DNA of 32,000 nucleotides, from NCBI GenBank assembly GCA_021650915.1, contig CP091279.1:1530001-1562000 (forward strand), written 5' to 3'. The DNA is from Candidatus Brocadia sp. (GTDB lineage: Bacteria; Planctomycetota; Brocadiia; Brocadiales; Brocadiaceae). A program made the position numbers and the translations under genes. The number at the start of each line of letters is the position of its first letter. Positions within the stretch are counted from its first letter, which is position 1. A model generated the notes under the pieces. That model was not told where the DNA came from, did not search any database, and saw only the letters and a program-made list of their open reading frames with translations. This document shows positions 16,121 to 23,952 of this stretch, one piece after another.

Positions 16121-17881
16121 TTATTCGTGTGGTGATAATCTCTGAGACCTTGCTGCAGGATCATGTCCCTCTTCATGGTGTTGAAGTTTATGCTCAAAGC
16201 CGGTCTTCCAGCCGAGTTCTTTTATCTTCCTGTTGATGTACTCAACTTCCTCAGCAGGAGCATGGTGCGTATCTAACCAACCTGGGTCAGGACACAGATC
16301 AAATATGGTCTTTCCAGGATGATTCTTTACAATGTACGGACCCGTCAACTGATCAAGCCATTCGCCCGTCTTCCAGAAACTCTCCGGAACCCAGGTAATG
16401 CCAACCTTCTTCTCAAGAGCAGCAAGTCTCCTCGCCTGAGAAGCGTCCTGCTTCACGTTGACCAACCAACGATCCATACCAAACGAACCATCTGAGTACG
16501 TAGCATCGTTCCATGAACCATGCGCCATACCTTTGTAAATGTATGTCTGGAAATATCCAACGCTCTCGAAGCACAGACGCTCAATGTCAGAGCAGTTCGA
16601 CATCCTGAATTCACCTGATTCACCGGCCTTGCCACCAAATGCCGGATCATCATGATAAGCGCCAATCTTCAAACTCCATACATGCTGACCTGACCAGTCA
16701 GGACACAAATCTTTTGGCATAGGATCAGCAACGCCATCCTTGACAAGGTCTGCTGCAATTTGAAATGTCTCACGATACTTTAAACCTGCATCCTTAACTG
16801 ATTCATCCATAGCCTGCAGGTTTTCCTTTGCAAACCGTGGTGAATGGCAATCGTCGCAAACTGATGCCCAACGGTCCCTCTTCTCTTTCCATATAGGCGC
16901 GCCACGATCTGCCATCGACATACCCATACTCGCATATACCGTGCTGAACCTCTGTACGTTATGATGACCACCCCTCATGTGACAATACTGGCAGGTTGGG
17001 CCAACATAATCAGCATCAGCCAGCTTCTTGTCCCAGTCAAACTGCTTGGGATCCCACTTGTTCACCTGATATACTGTACCATGGAGACCGATATCATATG
17101 CCTCCCAGTCCCTGTGGTCCTTACCCCAGTGGCAGGTCTTGCACTGTTCTGACTTCCTTGCAACCTTCGGATCAAACTGATGCCTCTGGTGACAGGTGCT
17201 GCACCTTTCTTCAGGACTCGTATGACAGAACGTGCAACCAGCGGTGTCTCCTGGCGGCCTTTCAATTGACCATGCGCATTCTACCTGAGCAAAGCTTGAA
17301 CAGGAAGCGTGCGAACCAATACCACCCTGGCCCTGCTCTGAATACTGTGTCTCATGGCATTCGCTCGTGCCGCAAGCCTTCGATGACGGCATGGTTAACT
17401 TCTGGTGATTATTGCCATGGCAGGTATCGCAACCCGTCGGGCTTGGTTCAGCCCTGGAGTGCGCGCTCTTCTTATAATCCCTCACAATACCCGGGGTCAT
17501 AACCGAGTGGCACGCAATACACTGCTCTAACTGGAACGTACCCTTAATCGGGTTTGACGGCCTTACCTCATCCCTGTTGTACATATAGTCAGGGATGTAA
17601 TAACGGTATGCCGGTAGCGTCTTCCAGAATTTGCTATATTTTCCTGGATAAGGCGGCGCACCAGAGTCCTTAGGATATCCCATATATTTTGCACCTAAAC
17701 CAGAGAAAAACACCTTACCGTTATTATCCGGCTCGCCTATCTGTCCATATACTTCGTGCGGTACCCAGTGAGTGATAATTTCTACTGCCTTTGCCTCTTT
17801 TGTCATCAGACTGGCCGACACACCTATAATGCAACAGCCAACGAATGCCGACATCAAAGTCCAATTCCAACATTTGCCCAT
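16121..17881 (-). CDS. hzo: Octahaem hydroxylamine-oxidoreductase-family cytochrome c, hydrazine dehydrogenase/oxidoreductase (HDH/HZO)-like
   Basis: Signal peptide, then eight haem-attachment sites in HAO order: CIACH, CDTCH, CGTSECH (CX4CH), CTFCH, CSTCH, CKTCH, CQYCH and CDDCH. GGGAGGA Shine-Dalgarno precedes ATG 17881. The DNA for CKTCHW (17126-17143) fits the hzo cluster-1 forward primer pattern as I recall it. HAO-family call 0.9; specific HDH call about 0.6. Confidence 0.88.
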   Translation of the reverse strand: MGKCWNWTLMSAFVGCCIIGVSASLMTKEAKAVEIITHWVPHEVYGQIGEPDNNGKVFFSGLGAKYMGYPKDSGAPPYPGKYSKFWKTLPAYRYYIPDYMYNRDEVRPSNPIKGTFQLEQCIACHSVMTPGIVRDYKKSAHSRAEPSPTGCDTCHGNNHQKLTMPSSKACGTSECHETQYSEQGQGGIGSHASCSSFAQVECAWSIERPPGDTAGCTFCHTSPEERCSTCHQRHQFDPKVARKSEQCKTCHWGKDHRDWEAYDIGLHGTVYQVNKWDPKQFDWDKKLADADYVGPTCQYCHMRGGHHNVQRFSTVYASMGMSMADRGAPIWKEKRDRWASVCDDCHSPRFAKENLQAMDESVKDAGLKYRETFQIAADLVKDGVADPMPKDLCPDWSGQHVWSLKIGAYHDDPAFGGKAGESGEFRMSNCSDIERLCFESVGYFQTYIYKGMAHGSWNDATYSDGSFGMDRWLVNVKQDASQARRLAALEKKVGITWVPESFWKTGEWLDQLTGPYIVKNHPGKTIFDLCPDPGWLDTHHAPAEEVEYINRKIKELGWKTGFEHKLQHHEEGHDPAARSQRLSPHE

Positions 17882-17994
17882 GATATCCTCCCTTCTTCCT
17901 CTTTTTTAATAGTATAAGACAACCAACGCTCAGTCATTCAGCAACATTTTTATGACACAGGATTTTTTGTAAGCATATTTATCACCTCCCTTTT

Positions 17995-18255
17995 CTAACA
18001 AATTTTTGTACAGCCATACCTGCTTTCCCCGGTTTCTCCATGAAACCTGGCAATTCCCCCCCGCCGTATCTTTTTTTGTTTTCTGCCGTGCAAGAAATAT
18101 TTGTGCTGAAAATAATATCCTTTGCTGAGCAGATGCAGTATCTTTCCTATACCCAGTACGATAATGACGTAAAAAACCATTGGGAAAAGATACATTGCAA
18201 ATGGCATCAGAAAGAGAACCGGCGATCTTTTTAACAGATAAAGCGTAGTTGACAT
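17995..18255 (-). CDS. Possible small membrane protein (86 aa) immediately upstream of the HDH-like gene
   Basis: ATG 18255 is preceded by GAAGGGGGGA. The N-terminal half is hydrophobic (SPVLFLMPFAMYLFPMVFYVIIVLGIGKIL) and the C-terminal half basic (HGRKQKKIRRGG). There is no recognisable family, so it could be non-coding leader sequence. Confidence 0.35.
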   Translation of the reverse strand: MSTTLYLLKRSPVLFLMPFAMYLFPMVFYVIIVLGIGKILHLLSKGYYFQHKYFLHGRKQKKIRRGGIARFHGETGESRYGCTKIC

Positions 18256-18275
18256 TTTGATCCCCCCTTCTCCAG

Positions 18276-18316
18276 CCACAAAGACACAAGCACATTAGGC
18301 AGTTGTGTCTTTGTGG
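18276..18316. other. Perfect 14-bp inverted repeat (stem-loop) in the intergenic region upstream of the small ORF and HDH gene
   Basis: CCACAAAGACACAA (18276-18289), a 13-nt loop, then TTGTGTCTTTGTGG (18303-18316). No T/U run follows on either strand. Confidence 0.7.
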
Positions 18317-18353
18317 CAAGGTTGTTAATGCCTTCCATCCTGAGCGAACAAGC

Positions 18354-18803
18354 CTATTTTTCCGATAACAAGGTATTATCTTTGCCACCTGTTACATCTC
18401 CCGGTTTCAGGTCTTCTCCGGCCAAACAAGTATCCAGGTATATCTTGCCATTGCTGAATTTGCTGTATCTGGATTTAATCATGTCTCCTACGTTGACATG
18501 AACTGACTCTATTTTCTGATCGTTGTTAAATTTTACGGCATGGAAAACTCTTTCCATCGGTAGTGAAATATCGCCGCGAAAAAATTCAGTGTGCTCACAG
18601 AAAAATATTTGCTCGTCTTTTCCTTCCACCCGGAGAAACCCCTTATCATGATCAATTGAAGTTACTTCGCCCTCGATTAAGGCATAGTTGTAATACTTTG
18701 GATCAAAACCCCAATCACCTTTGTTCCCGTTTGCTGCGAAAACATCAGTTGCTATACCTCCGACAAGAAATAAGGTCATTATTTTTGAAGTAGATATCTT
18801 CAT
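18354..18803 (-). CDS. Secreted protein of unknown function (149 aa)
   Basis: I set the start at ATG 18803 (MKISTSKIMTLFLVGGIATDVFAANG, a signal peptide), with AGGAGG 7 nt upstream. The track's 34-aa extension is unsupported. The gene has the same orientation as the HDH-like gene. Confidence 0.75.
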   Translation of the reverse strand: MKISTSKIMTLFLVGGIATDVFAANGNKGDWGFDPKYYNYALIEGEVTSIDHDKGFLRVEGKDEQIFFCEHTEFFRGDISLPMERVFHAVKFNNDQKIESVHVNVGDMIKSRYSKFSNGKIYLDTCLAGEDLKPGDVTGGKDNTLLSEK

Positions 18804-19510
18804 TGCAAACCCTCCTGAAAACGTCTGTTTTGTAACGGGACATAGTGTCACAGTCTTCTGGTTATCTTGCAAACCTTCACCCATATCATCAACCTCCCTT
18901 CTCAATAACCCGTGAATATAGACGCCGCTACATTGCTTTATTGTTCTGTGTTTTTAAAGGACAAATCACATACCAAGTCATTTAAAAAAACTCAACACCA
19001 ATAATATCAATTAGTTGTGACTTACAAAGAGCTGTTAAATATAGTTACGAAATTAAAAAAATTAACGAAAATGTGGTTTTCCATACGATATTTCGTAATT
19101 TTTAAAATTGCCGTTGCTAAACAAAGGACATTGTCGCTTCCGTGCGCCTGAAAGTGGGCGATGTCGGAGAGGTTGCTTTTGTCTGAAGGCCTCTTTTTCT
19201 GGTTTCAGATTTATGAAAAAACGACCATTTCAACCTGGCAACATCGAAAAAATCTTTTTACTTGACAGGGTTCACTGATTGTGTTAGTTTGTTACAAATT
19301 TATGTATTTAGAATAGTTATGCATAAATCAAGAATGTGAAAGGAGGTAATTTACAGTTGAATAATTGTCCAGTGTGTGTTATAGAATAATGACCTGTATA
19401 GGTTACTTCCAGAAGCTTAAAGTATCAGATGTCAGATGGTGGTTAATTTATAACTGTTCCTGCTGAGTACAAAAGAAAAATTTAAATAAACAGACACAGG
19501 AGAAAGCGAA

Positions 19511-20197
19511 ATGAAAGCGTACAAAAAATATTTAGCAGAGTTAGTCGGAACTTTTGCGCTTGTATTTATAGCGGCTGGCTCAGTATGCGCAGATTTTTAT
19601 TTGAGGCAAGCAGGAGGGCAAGGGCTTGGTCTTTTGGGTATTTCTATCGCGTTTGGCGTGGTGGTGATTGCCGTTATCTATGCAACGAGTTACGTCTCCG
19701 GCGCACATGTAAACCCGGCCGTTACAATCTCCTTTTGGATTAGCAAAAGGATGGACCCCAATACGGCAATAATGTATATCATCTCTCAAATTGCTGGCGC
19801 AACCGTTGCGGGGCTAGCGCTGAAGGCGCTCTTTCCTGATGCCCTGAATACGGTATATTTAGGGACCTGCATGTTATCGCCCGGAGTTTCCATCGGACGC
19901 GGAATACTGATGGAGTTTATCATTACGTTTCTTCTGGTTTTTACCATTTACGGAACCTTGGTAGATAAACGGGCTACGGCGGGATTTGCGGGGATTGCCG
20001 TGGGTCTGGTAGTGCTTTTTGGCGTGATGATTGGAGGCACTATCAGTGGCGGCGCAATGAATCCTGCCCGTGTTTTTGGTCCTGCCATTGCATCAGGGCA
20101 GTTTACTCATCACTATGTCTGGTGGATTGGTCCGATCCTGGGTGGGATTGCCGCGGGTTTTGTGTATGATCAACTCTTTGCTGATGTGAAAAAATAA
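19511..20197 (+). CDS. MIP-family channel (aquaporin)
   Basis: Two NPA boxes (SGAHVNPAVT and GGAMNPARVFGP), six hydrophobic segments, and AGGAGAAAG Shine-Dalgarno upstream. Confidence 0.95.
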   Translation: MKAYKKYLAELVGTFALVFIAAGSVCADFYLRQAGGQGLGLLGISIAFGVVVIAVIYATSYVSGAHVNPAVTISFWISKRMDPNTAIMYIISQIAGATVAGLALKALFPDALNTVYLGTCMLSPGVSIGRGILMEFIITFLLVFTIYGTLVDKRATAGFAGIAVGLVVLFGVMIGGTISGGAMNPARVFGPAIASGQFTHHYVWWIGPILGGIAAGFVYDQLFADVKK

Positions 20198-20245
20198 GAA
20201 CTGCAAACGGAAAGCTTGTTGTTCTGAACCGGAAGTTGAAGAATA

Positions 20246-20287
20246 AACGGCAACGTGTAAACGCAATTTGCATGTTGCCGTTTTTTT
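20246..20287 (+). terminator. Intrinsic terminator of the aquaporin gene
   Basis: Stem AACGGCAAC (20246-20254) pairs with GTTGCCGTT (20274-20282) and runs into T7 (20281-20287). Confidence 0.75.
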
Positions 20288-20302
20288 GTTGAGAGGGCAG
20301 CT

Positions 20303-20950
20303 TTGTTTGATATTCAGAAAGCGCTCAGGAGTATTGAGCAGGAAAACAAACGGTTTGTCGAGCCCATCGTTACTACTATTTCCCGCGAACGAACTCCATT
20401 TCATGTACTTATTTCCTGTATTTTAAGCCTTAGGACAAAGGATCAGACTACCCGTGAAGCCTCAAACCGGCTCTTTGCCCTGGCCGATAATCCGGAAGAA
20501 ATGGTAAAGATTCCTCCGGAAAAGCTGGAGAAAATTATCTACCCGGTTGGGTTTTATCGGATCAAGGCAAGAAAGATCAAGGAGATTTGCGCAGTATTGA
20601 TTCAGAAATACGCAGGCAAGGTGCCTGATGAAATTGACGAATTACTAAAACTCAATGGAGTAGGCCGCAAGACGGCAAATCTTGTGGTAACGTTGGGATA
20701 TCAAAAACCCGGTATCTGCGTGGATACCCATGTTCACCGGATTACGAACCGCTGGGGATATGTTCAGACAAGGAATCCCCATGAGACCGAATTTGCCCTT
20801 CGCGAAAAACTCCCGAAAAAATACTGGCTTACCATAAATGATCTCCTCGTTACCTTTGGTCAAAACATCTGTGTCCCTATTTCTCCAAAATGCAGCATCT
20901 GTCCTGTCACGGTTTATTGTAAAAAGGTGGAGGTGACGAGAAGTCGGTAA
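20303..20950 (+). CDS. nth: Endonuclease III (HhH-GPD DNA glycosylase with an Fe-S cluster loop)
   Basis: HhH motif LKLNGVGRKTANLV, catalytic region VDTHVHRI, and C-terminal CVPISPKCSICPVTVYC. The start is TTG at 20303 with GAGAGGG upstream. Confidence 0.92.
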   Translation: MFDIQKALRSIEQENKRFVEPIVTTISRERTPFHVLISCILSLRTKDQTTREASNRLFALADNPEEMVKIPPEKLEKIIYPVGFYRIKARKIKEICAVLIQKYAGKVPDEIDELLKLNGVGRKTANLVVTLGYQKPGICVDTHVHRITNRWGYVQTRNPHETEFALREKLPKKYWLTINDLLVTFGQNICVPISPKCSICPVTVYCKKVEVTRSR

Positions 20951-21212
20951 CTTGCTGAATTGATACCGCTGCAACACGAAACTCACCTCCCGGAATAAAA
21001 CTATTTTTACCACGAATATTTTGCCATGGCAGAGCAAAATACTTCCGGAATATTTGGGTGAAGAACGAAACACAAAAAATCTTGACAATAGGCGCGAGAA
21101 TATCGTATCTTCACACGAATAAAGAATATGAAACCTTGCAGGGGGCGCGAAAGGCAACAAGGAGATGATCTGGCCTTCTGGGTAAATTTGCGGGGGTCGA
21201 AGAGATACTATT

Positions 21213-21716
21213 ATGAAAGTTGGAATTCTTGCGGATACTCATGATAATATCCATGCGATCAAAGCAGCCGTTTCCTTTTTTAATACCCAGGATTTGAAGT
21301 ATGTCATTCATGCCGGTGATTATGTTGCCCCCTTTTCCCTGAAAGAATTAATGAACGTGAGAGCAAAGTTCTTCGGGGTATTTGGTAATAATGATGGCGA
21401 ACGAATGGGATTGCTTGCGGTATGCAAAAATCTGCATGAACCGCCGTATGACTTGATTCTGGACGGGAAACATATTATAGTTACTCATATGCTTGAGAGC
21501 CTTTCCAAAAGGTCTATAATGAATACGGATATCATTATTTATGCCCATACGCATATGCCGGAGATAAAACCGGGAATCCCTCTGTACCTTAATCCCGGTG
21601 AGTGTGGCGGGTGGTTAAACGGGAAAAATACCGTTGCAATACTTGACCTTCAGGCCATTCAGGCAGATATCATTGACCTTTCCGCAATCCCCCCGATAAA
21701 GGCTGACCGTGGCTAA
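21213..21716 (+). CDS. YfcE/MJ0936-family metallophosphoesterase
   Basis: Motifs ADTHDN, HAGDY, GNNDGE, HMLE and HTH appear in the canonical order. Confidence 0.9.
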   Translation: MKVGILADTHDNIHAIKAAVSFFNTQDLKYVIHAGDYVAPFSLKELMNVRAKFFGVFGNNDGERMGLLAVCKNLHEPPYDLILDGKHIIVTHMLESLSKRSIMNTDIIIYAHTHMPEIKPGIPLYLNPGECGGWLNGKNTVAILDLQAIQADIIDLSAIPPIKADRG

Positions 21717-22161
21717 AGGATTTTATAAAACGGTTGTTATTTCGTTGTGGCTTTGTAGCAGCGCGATGCTCGGTGGTTGTGTGCTGCGATCACTCACCAT
21801 TGATTCTCAACCGTCCGGAGCGATAGTTTATTTGGACGATGAGTTGATCGGAGAAACACCGGTAACGGCTCCCTTTACCTATTATGGAACTCGAAAGATC
21901 ACTTTAGAAAAGGTAGACGCGGAAGGCCGGCTCATCTACGAAAGAAAAATTGTGTATGAAAAGATAAAACCGCCGTACTATCAAATTTTGCCGCTGGATT
22001 TCTTCGCTGAACTGATAATTCCTGCAAAGCTGAAGGACGAGCATTATTTTACCTATCAACTAGATCCGATACAGGAGACGCCGAAGGCAGAACGACAGAA
22101 AGAGCTTATGAAGAACGCCGAAGAATTACGCGGGCGGTTAGCTAATCCTGTCACTCATTAG
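21709..22161 (+). CDS. PEGA-domain lipoprotein
   Basis: Lipobox MLGGC and PEGA-like SLTIDSQPSGAIVYLDDELIGETPV. An 8-nt overlap with the upstream gene suggests an operon. Confidence 0.8.
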   Translation: MAKGFYKTVVISLWLCSSAMLGGCVLRSLTIDSQPSGAIVYLDDELIGETPVTAPFTYYGTRKITLEKVDAEGRLIYERKIVYEKIKPPYYQILPLDFFAELIIPAKLKDEHYFTYQLDPIQETPKAERQKELMKNAEELRGRLANPVTH

Positions 22162-22661
22162 ATGATTTGTACGATCTCTTCCAGGGTTTTACGGTGCGTC
22201 GGTTCAGGATAATCCAGAGAATAGCCAAGGGGGGTAAGCGCTAAAGGCTCCATTCCCGGTGGGAGATTTAAAATAGATTTCACATCAGATACTTTAAAGG
22301 CTGCAACCCAGCAGGTAGCCAATCCCTCCGATGTTGCGGCAAGGACAAGATGGTCCATGGCTATCGTGGCATCAATGTCTGCATAGTTCTTCCCATCGCT
22401 TCGTTTCCATCCTTTTTCAGGGATGCTACAGACACAGATGATTACGGGTGCCGTATAAAACCATGTTGCATTGTAGGCAGTTTTTAATTGATGTCGTATT
22501 TTTTCATCCTTAATAACTACAAAATGGATCGGTTGCCTATTCGCTGCACTGGGGGCAGACAGCGCCGCTTCTAATATTCGCCTCAGCTTCCCTTCTTCAA
22601 CTGGCTCTGACTTATACGAGCGAACGCTTCTCCTGAACTTCATTATCTCATATATATCCAT
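22158..22661 (-). CDS. Nitroreductase-family protein
   Basis: FRRSVRSYKSEPV..ILEAALSAPSAANRQPIHFVV is the typical N-terminal FMN-binding region of this family. Confidence 0.9.
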   Translation of the reverse strand: MDIYEIMKFRRSVRSYKSEPVEEGKLRRILEAALSAPSAANRQPIHFVVIKDEKIRHQLKTAYNATWFYTAPVIICVCSIPEKGWKRSDGKNYADIDATIAMDHLVLAATSEGLATCWVAAFKVSDVKSILNLPPGMEPLALTPLGYSLDYPEPTHRKTLEEIVQII

Positions 22662-22671
22662 AGCATTCCTT

Positions 22672-23322
22672 TTAAAATTCCATGATCTTCCAGCGGTTAA
22701 TCTTTGCGTATAGCCTGAGGAAGGGACTTGCGTTCACCGCCACCGGATACCCAACCATCCTCATAAATTTTACATCTACATATTGATTTGCATAGGCATA
22801 GGAAGACGAAAGATCGATATTGTATTCTGTAACAAGGCGATTCACGATCGTTGCTTTCCCACCGCTGTATGAATGAATACCATTAATTTCACCCGTAATG
22901 ATACCTTTGTCATCAACGGCAAGATTCGTCCCTATACCTACATCAGCATTACAATATTTTTTAAAACATTCTACAAAAGGACTTAGCGTTCCTGATAACA
23001 ATACAATGAGATACCCTGCATTCTTCAGCATTTTTATTTCTTCTACAGCAGCCAACGAAATATAGGGAGAAATCCGTTCTTTGAAGCATTCGCCGACGCT
23101 TACAACGATCTTTTCATAGTCTTTATTTTTCAGATAATATTTATTTTTTCTAACATACAACCCTTTAAAAAGTAAAAGGTTATTAAAGAATACCTTCACA
23201 AATCGAAAGATGTCCCGGAAAGTAATAAGCCCCTTTTCCAGAAGATATCTGAAAAAAACCCTCTCAGACGAGATGTTTCTGATGATCGTCCCATCGATAT
23301 CAAATATGGCCGCTTTGTTCAT
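22672..23322 (-). CDS. HAD-IB family hydrolase (SerB-like fold)
   Basis: Motif I FDIDGT, motif II SGT, and a C-terminal YANQYVD acidic motif. It lies 10 nt upstream of the nitroreductase gene on the same strand. Confidence 0.88.
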   Translation of the reverse strand: MNKAAIFDIDGTIIRNISSERVFFRYLLEKGLITFRDIFRFVKVFFNNLLLFKGLYVRKNKYYLKNKDYEKIVVSVGECFKERISPYISLAAVEEIKMLKNAGYLIVLLSGTLSPFVECFKKYCNADVGIGTNLAVDDKGIITGEINGIHSYSGGKATIVNRLVTEYNIDLSSSYAYANQYVDVKFMRMVGYPVAVNASPFLRLYAKINRWKIMEF

Positions 23323-23564
23323 AGTGCTGGATTCTACAAAGTATATGAATCTCTTTCAATGAAAAATTTACGAAAGCATCATCAATATCTTGCCTATACG
23401 ATAGATTGATTTGTTGCCAAGATGTGTCAAATATCATAACTGTTTAGTAGCGTTGCCAAGTGGAGACCGGAGAAAAGCCCGCCAAGGTATCGTCGCCATG
23501 CATCAAAACCGGTGTAGTAATAGACAAGCCGAATCTCGGTAACATTCAGCGCTCCGGCAGTACT

Positions 23565-23738
23565 TCATTTGCTCACATTCACCCGCATGTTAATTGTACG
23601 CATGACTCGCTCTCCTTTACCGGCAGTAACTTGCAAAATGCCTTTAAAATACCCTGCCAAACTGCTGTCTGTCAATTCAACTCGAAATTGACAACCAAAC
23701 TCTACTGTGATACCATTCGTGCATGGGGCAACTCCCAT
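23565..23738 (-). CDS. Possible small protein (57 aa), unknown function
   Basis: ATG 23738 is preceded by a near-perfect AAGGAGG with 5-nt spacing. The product is MGVAPCTNGITVEFGCQFRVELTDSSLAGYFKGILQVTAGKGERVMRTINMRVNVSK. It sits in an otherwise empty 630-bp gap. Confidence 0.4.
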   Translation of the reverse strand: MGVAPCTNGITVEFGCQFRVELTDSSLAGYFKGILQVTAGKGERVMRTINMRVNVSK

Positions 23739-23952
23739 ATCGTCCTCCTTTTTTATGGTTTCGTTTTTCTCCAAAAACTATTTCTACCATAATTGGAGGG
23801 CTTTTTCTTTAGATAAGTCTCCTTTTCTCTACTCTACCAGGAGATTGGGCAATGATGGCAATCCTTTTTACCAGGTAAACCGCATGAACATTGGGGCGAT
23901 TGATCGGCTAAGAGAATGGGAAGAGTACAAAATTCATGAGAGAGGTGGTTTG

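Noticed and set aside
17882-18350. A sigma-54 (-24/-12) promoter upstream of the HDH-like gene that would link it to the adjacent activator.
   Set aside because: I found no TGGCAC-N5-TTGC-like sequence on the - strand there. The nearest candidate (CAGCAC..TTGCA around 18090-18110) has the wrong spacing.
17930-18388. 152-aa - strand ORF and 64-aa + strand ORF (18040-18234) between the HDH gene and the secreted-protein gene.
   Set aside because: The 152-aa frame starts inside the upstream gene, reads through the 14-bp hairpin and has no Shine-Dalgarno. The alternative 86-aa frame is better supported by its Shine-Dalgarno and hydrophobic profile, though it is still weak.
19511-20197. The aquaporin as an As(III) channel belonging to the arsM/arsS system.
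   Set aside because: It is 14 kb away, separated by unrelated genes on both strands. Its NPA-box context cannot be classed by eye as an aquaglyceroporin.
21120-21212. A possible riboswitch or structured leader upstream of the YfcE-like gene (CCTTG..CAAGG stem, G-rich runs), and a hairpin ATTTTGC-N9-GCAAAAT at 21030-21052.
   Set aside because: It matches no riboswitch consensus I know. The stems are short and unremarkable.
23460-23792. 110-aa + strand ORF in the 23323-23952 gap, and the 82-aa extension of the beta-helix gene (23707-23952).
   Set aside because: Neither has a Shine-Dalgarno sequence, the first uses a non-ATG start, and the composition looks non-coding. The beta-helix protein has a clean signal peptide starting at 23953.
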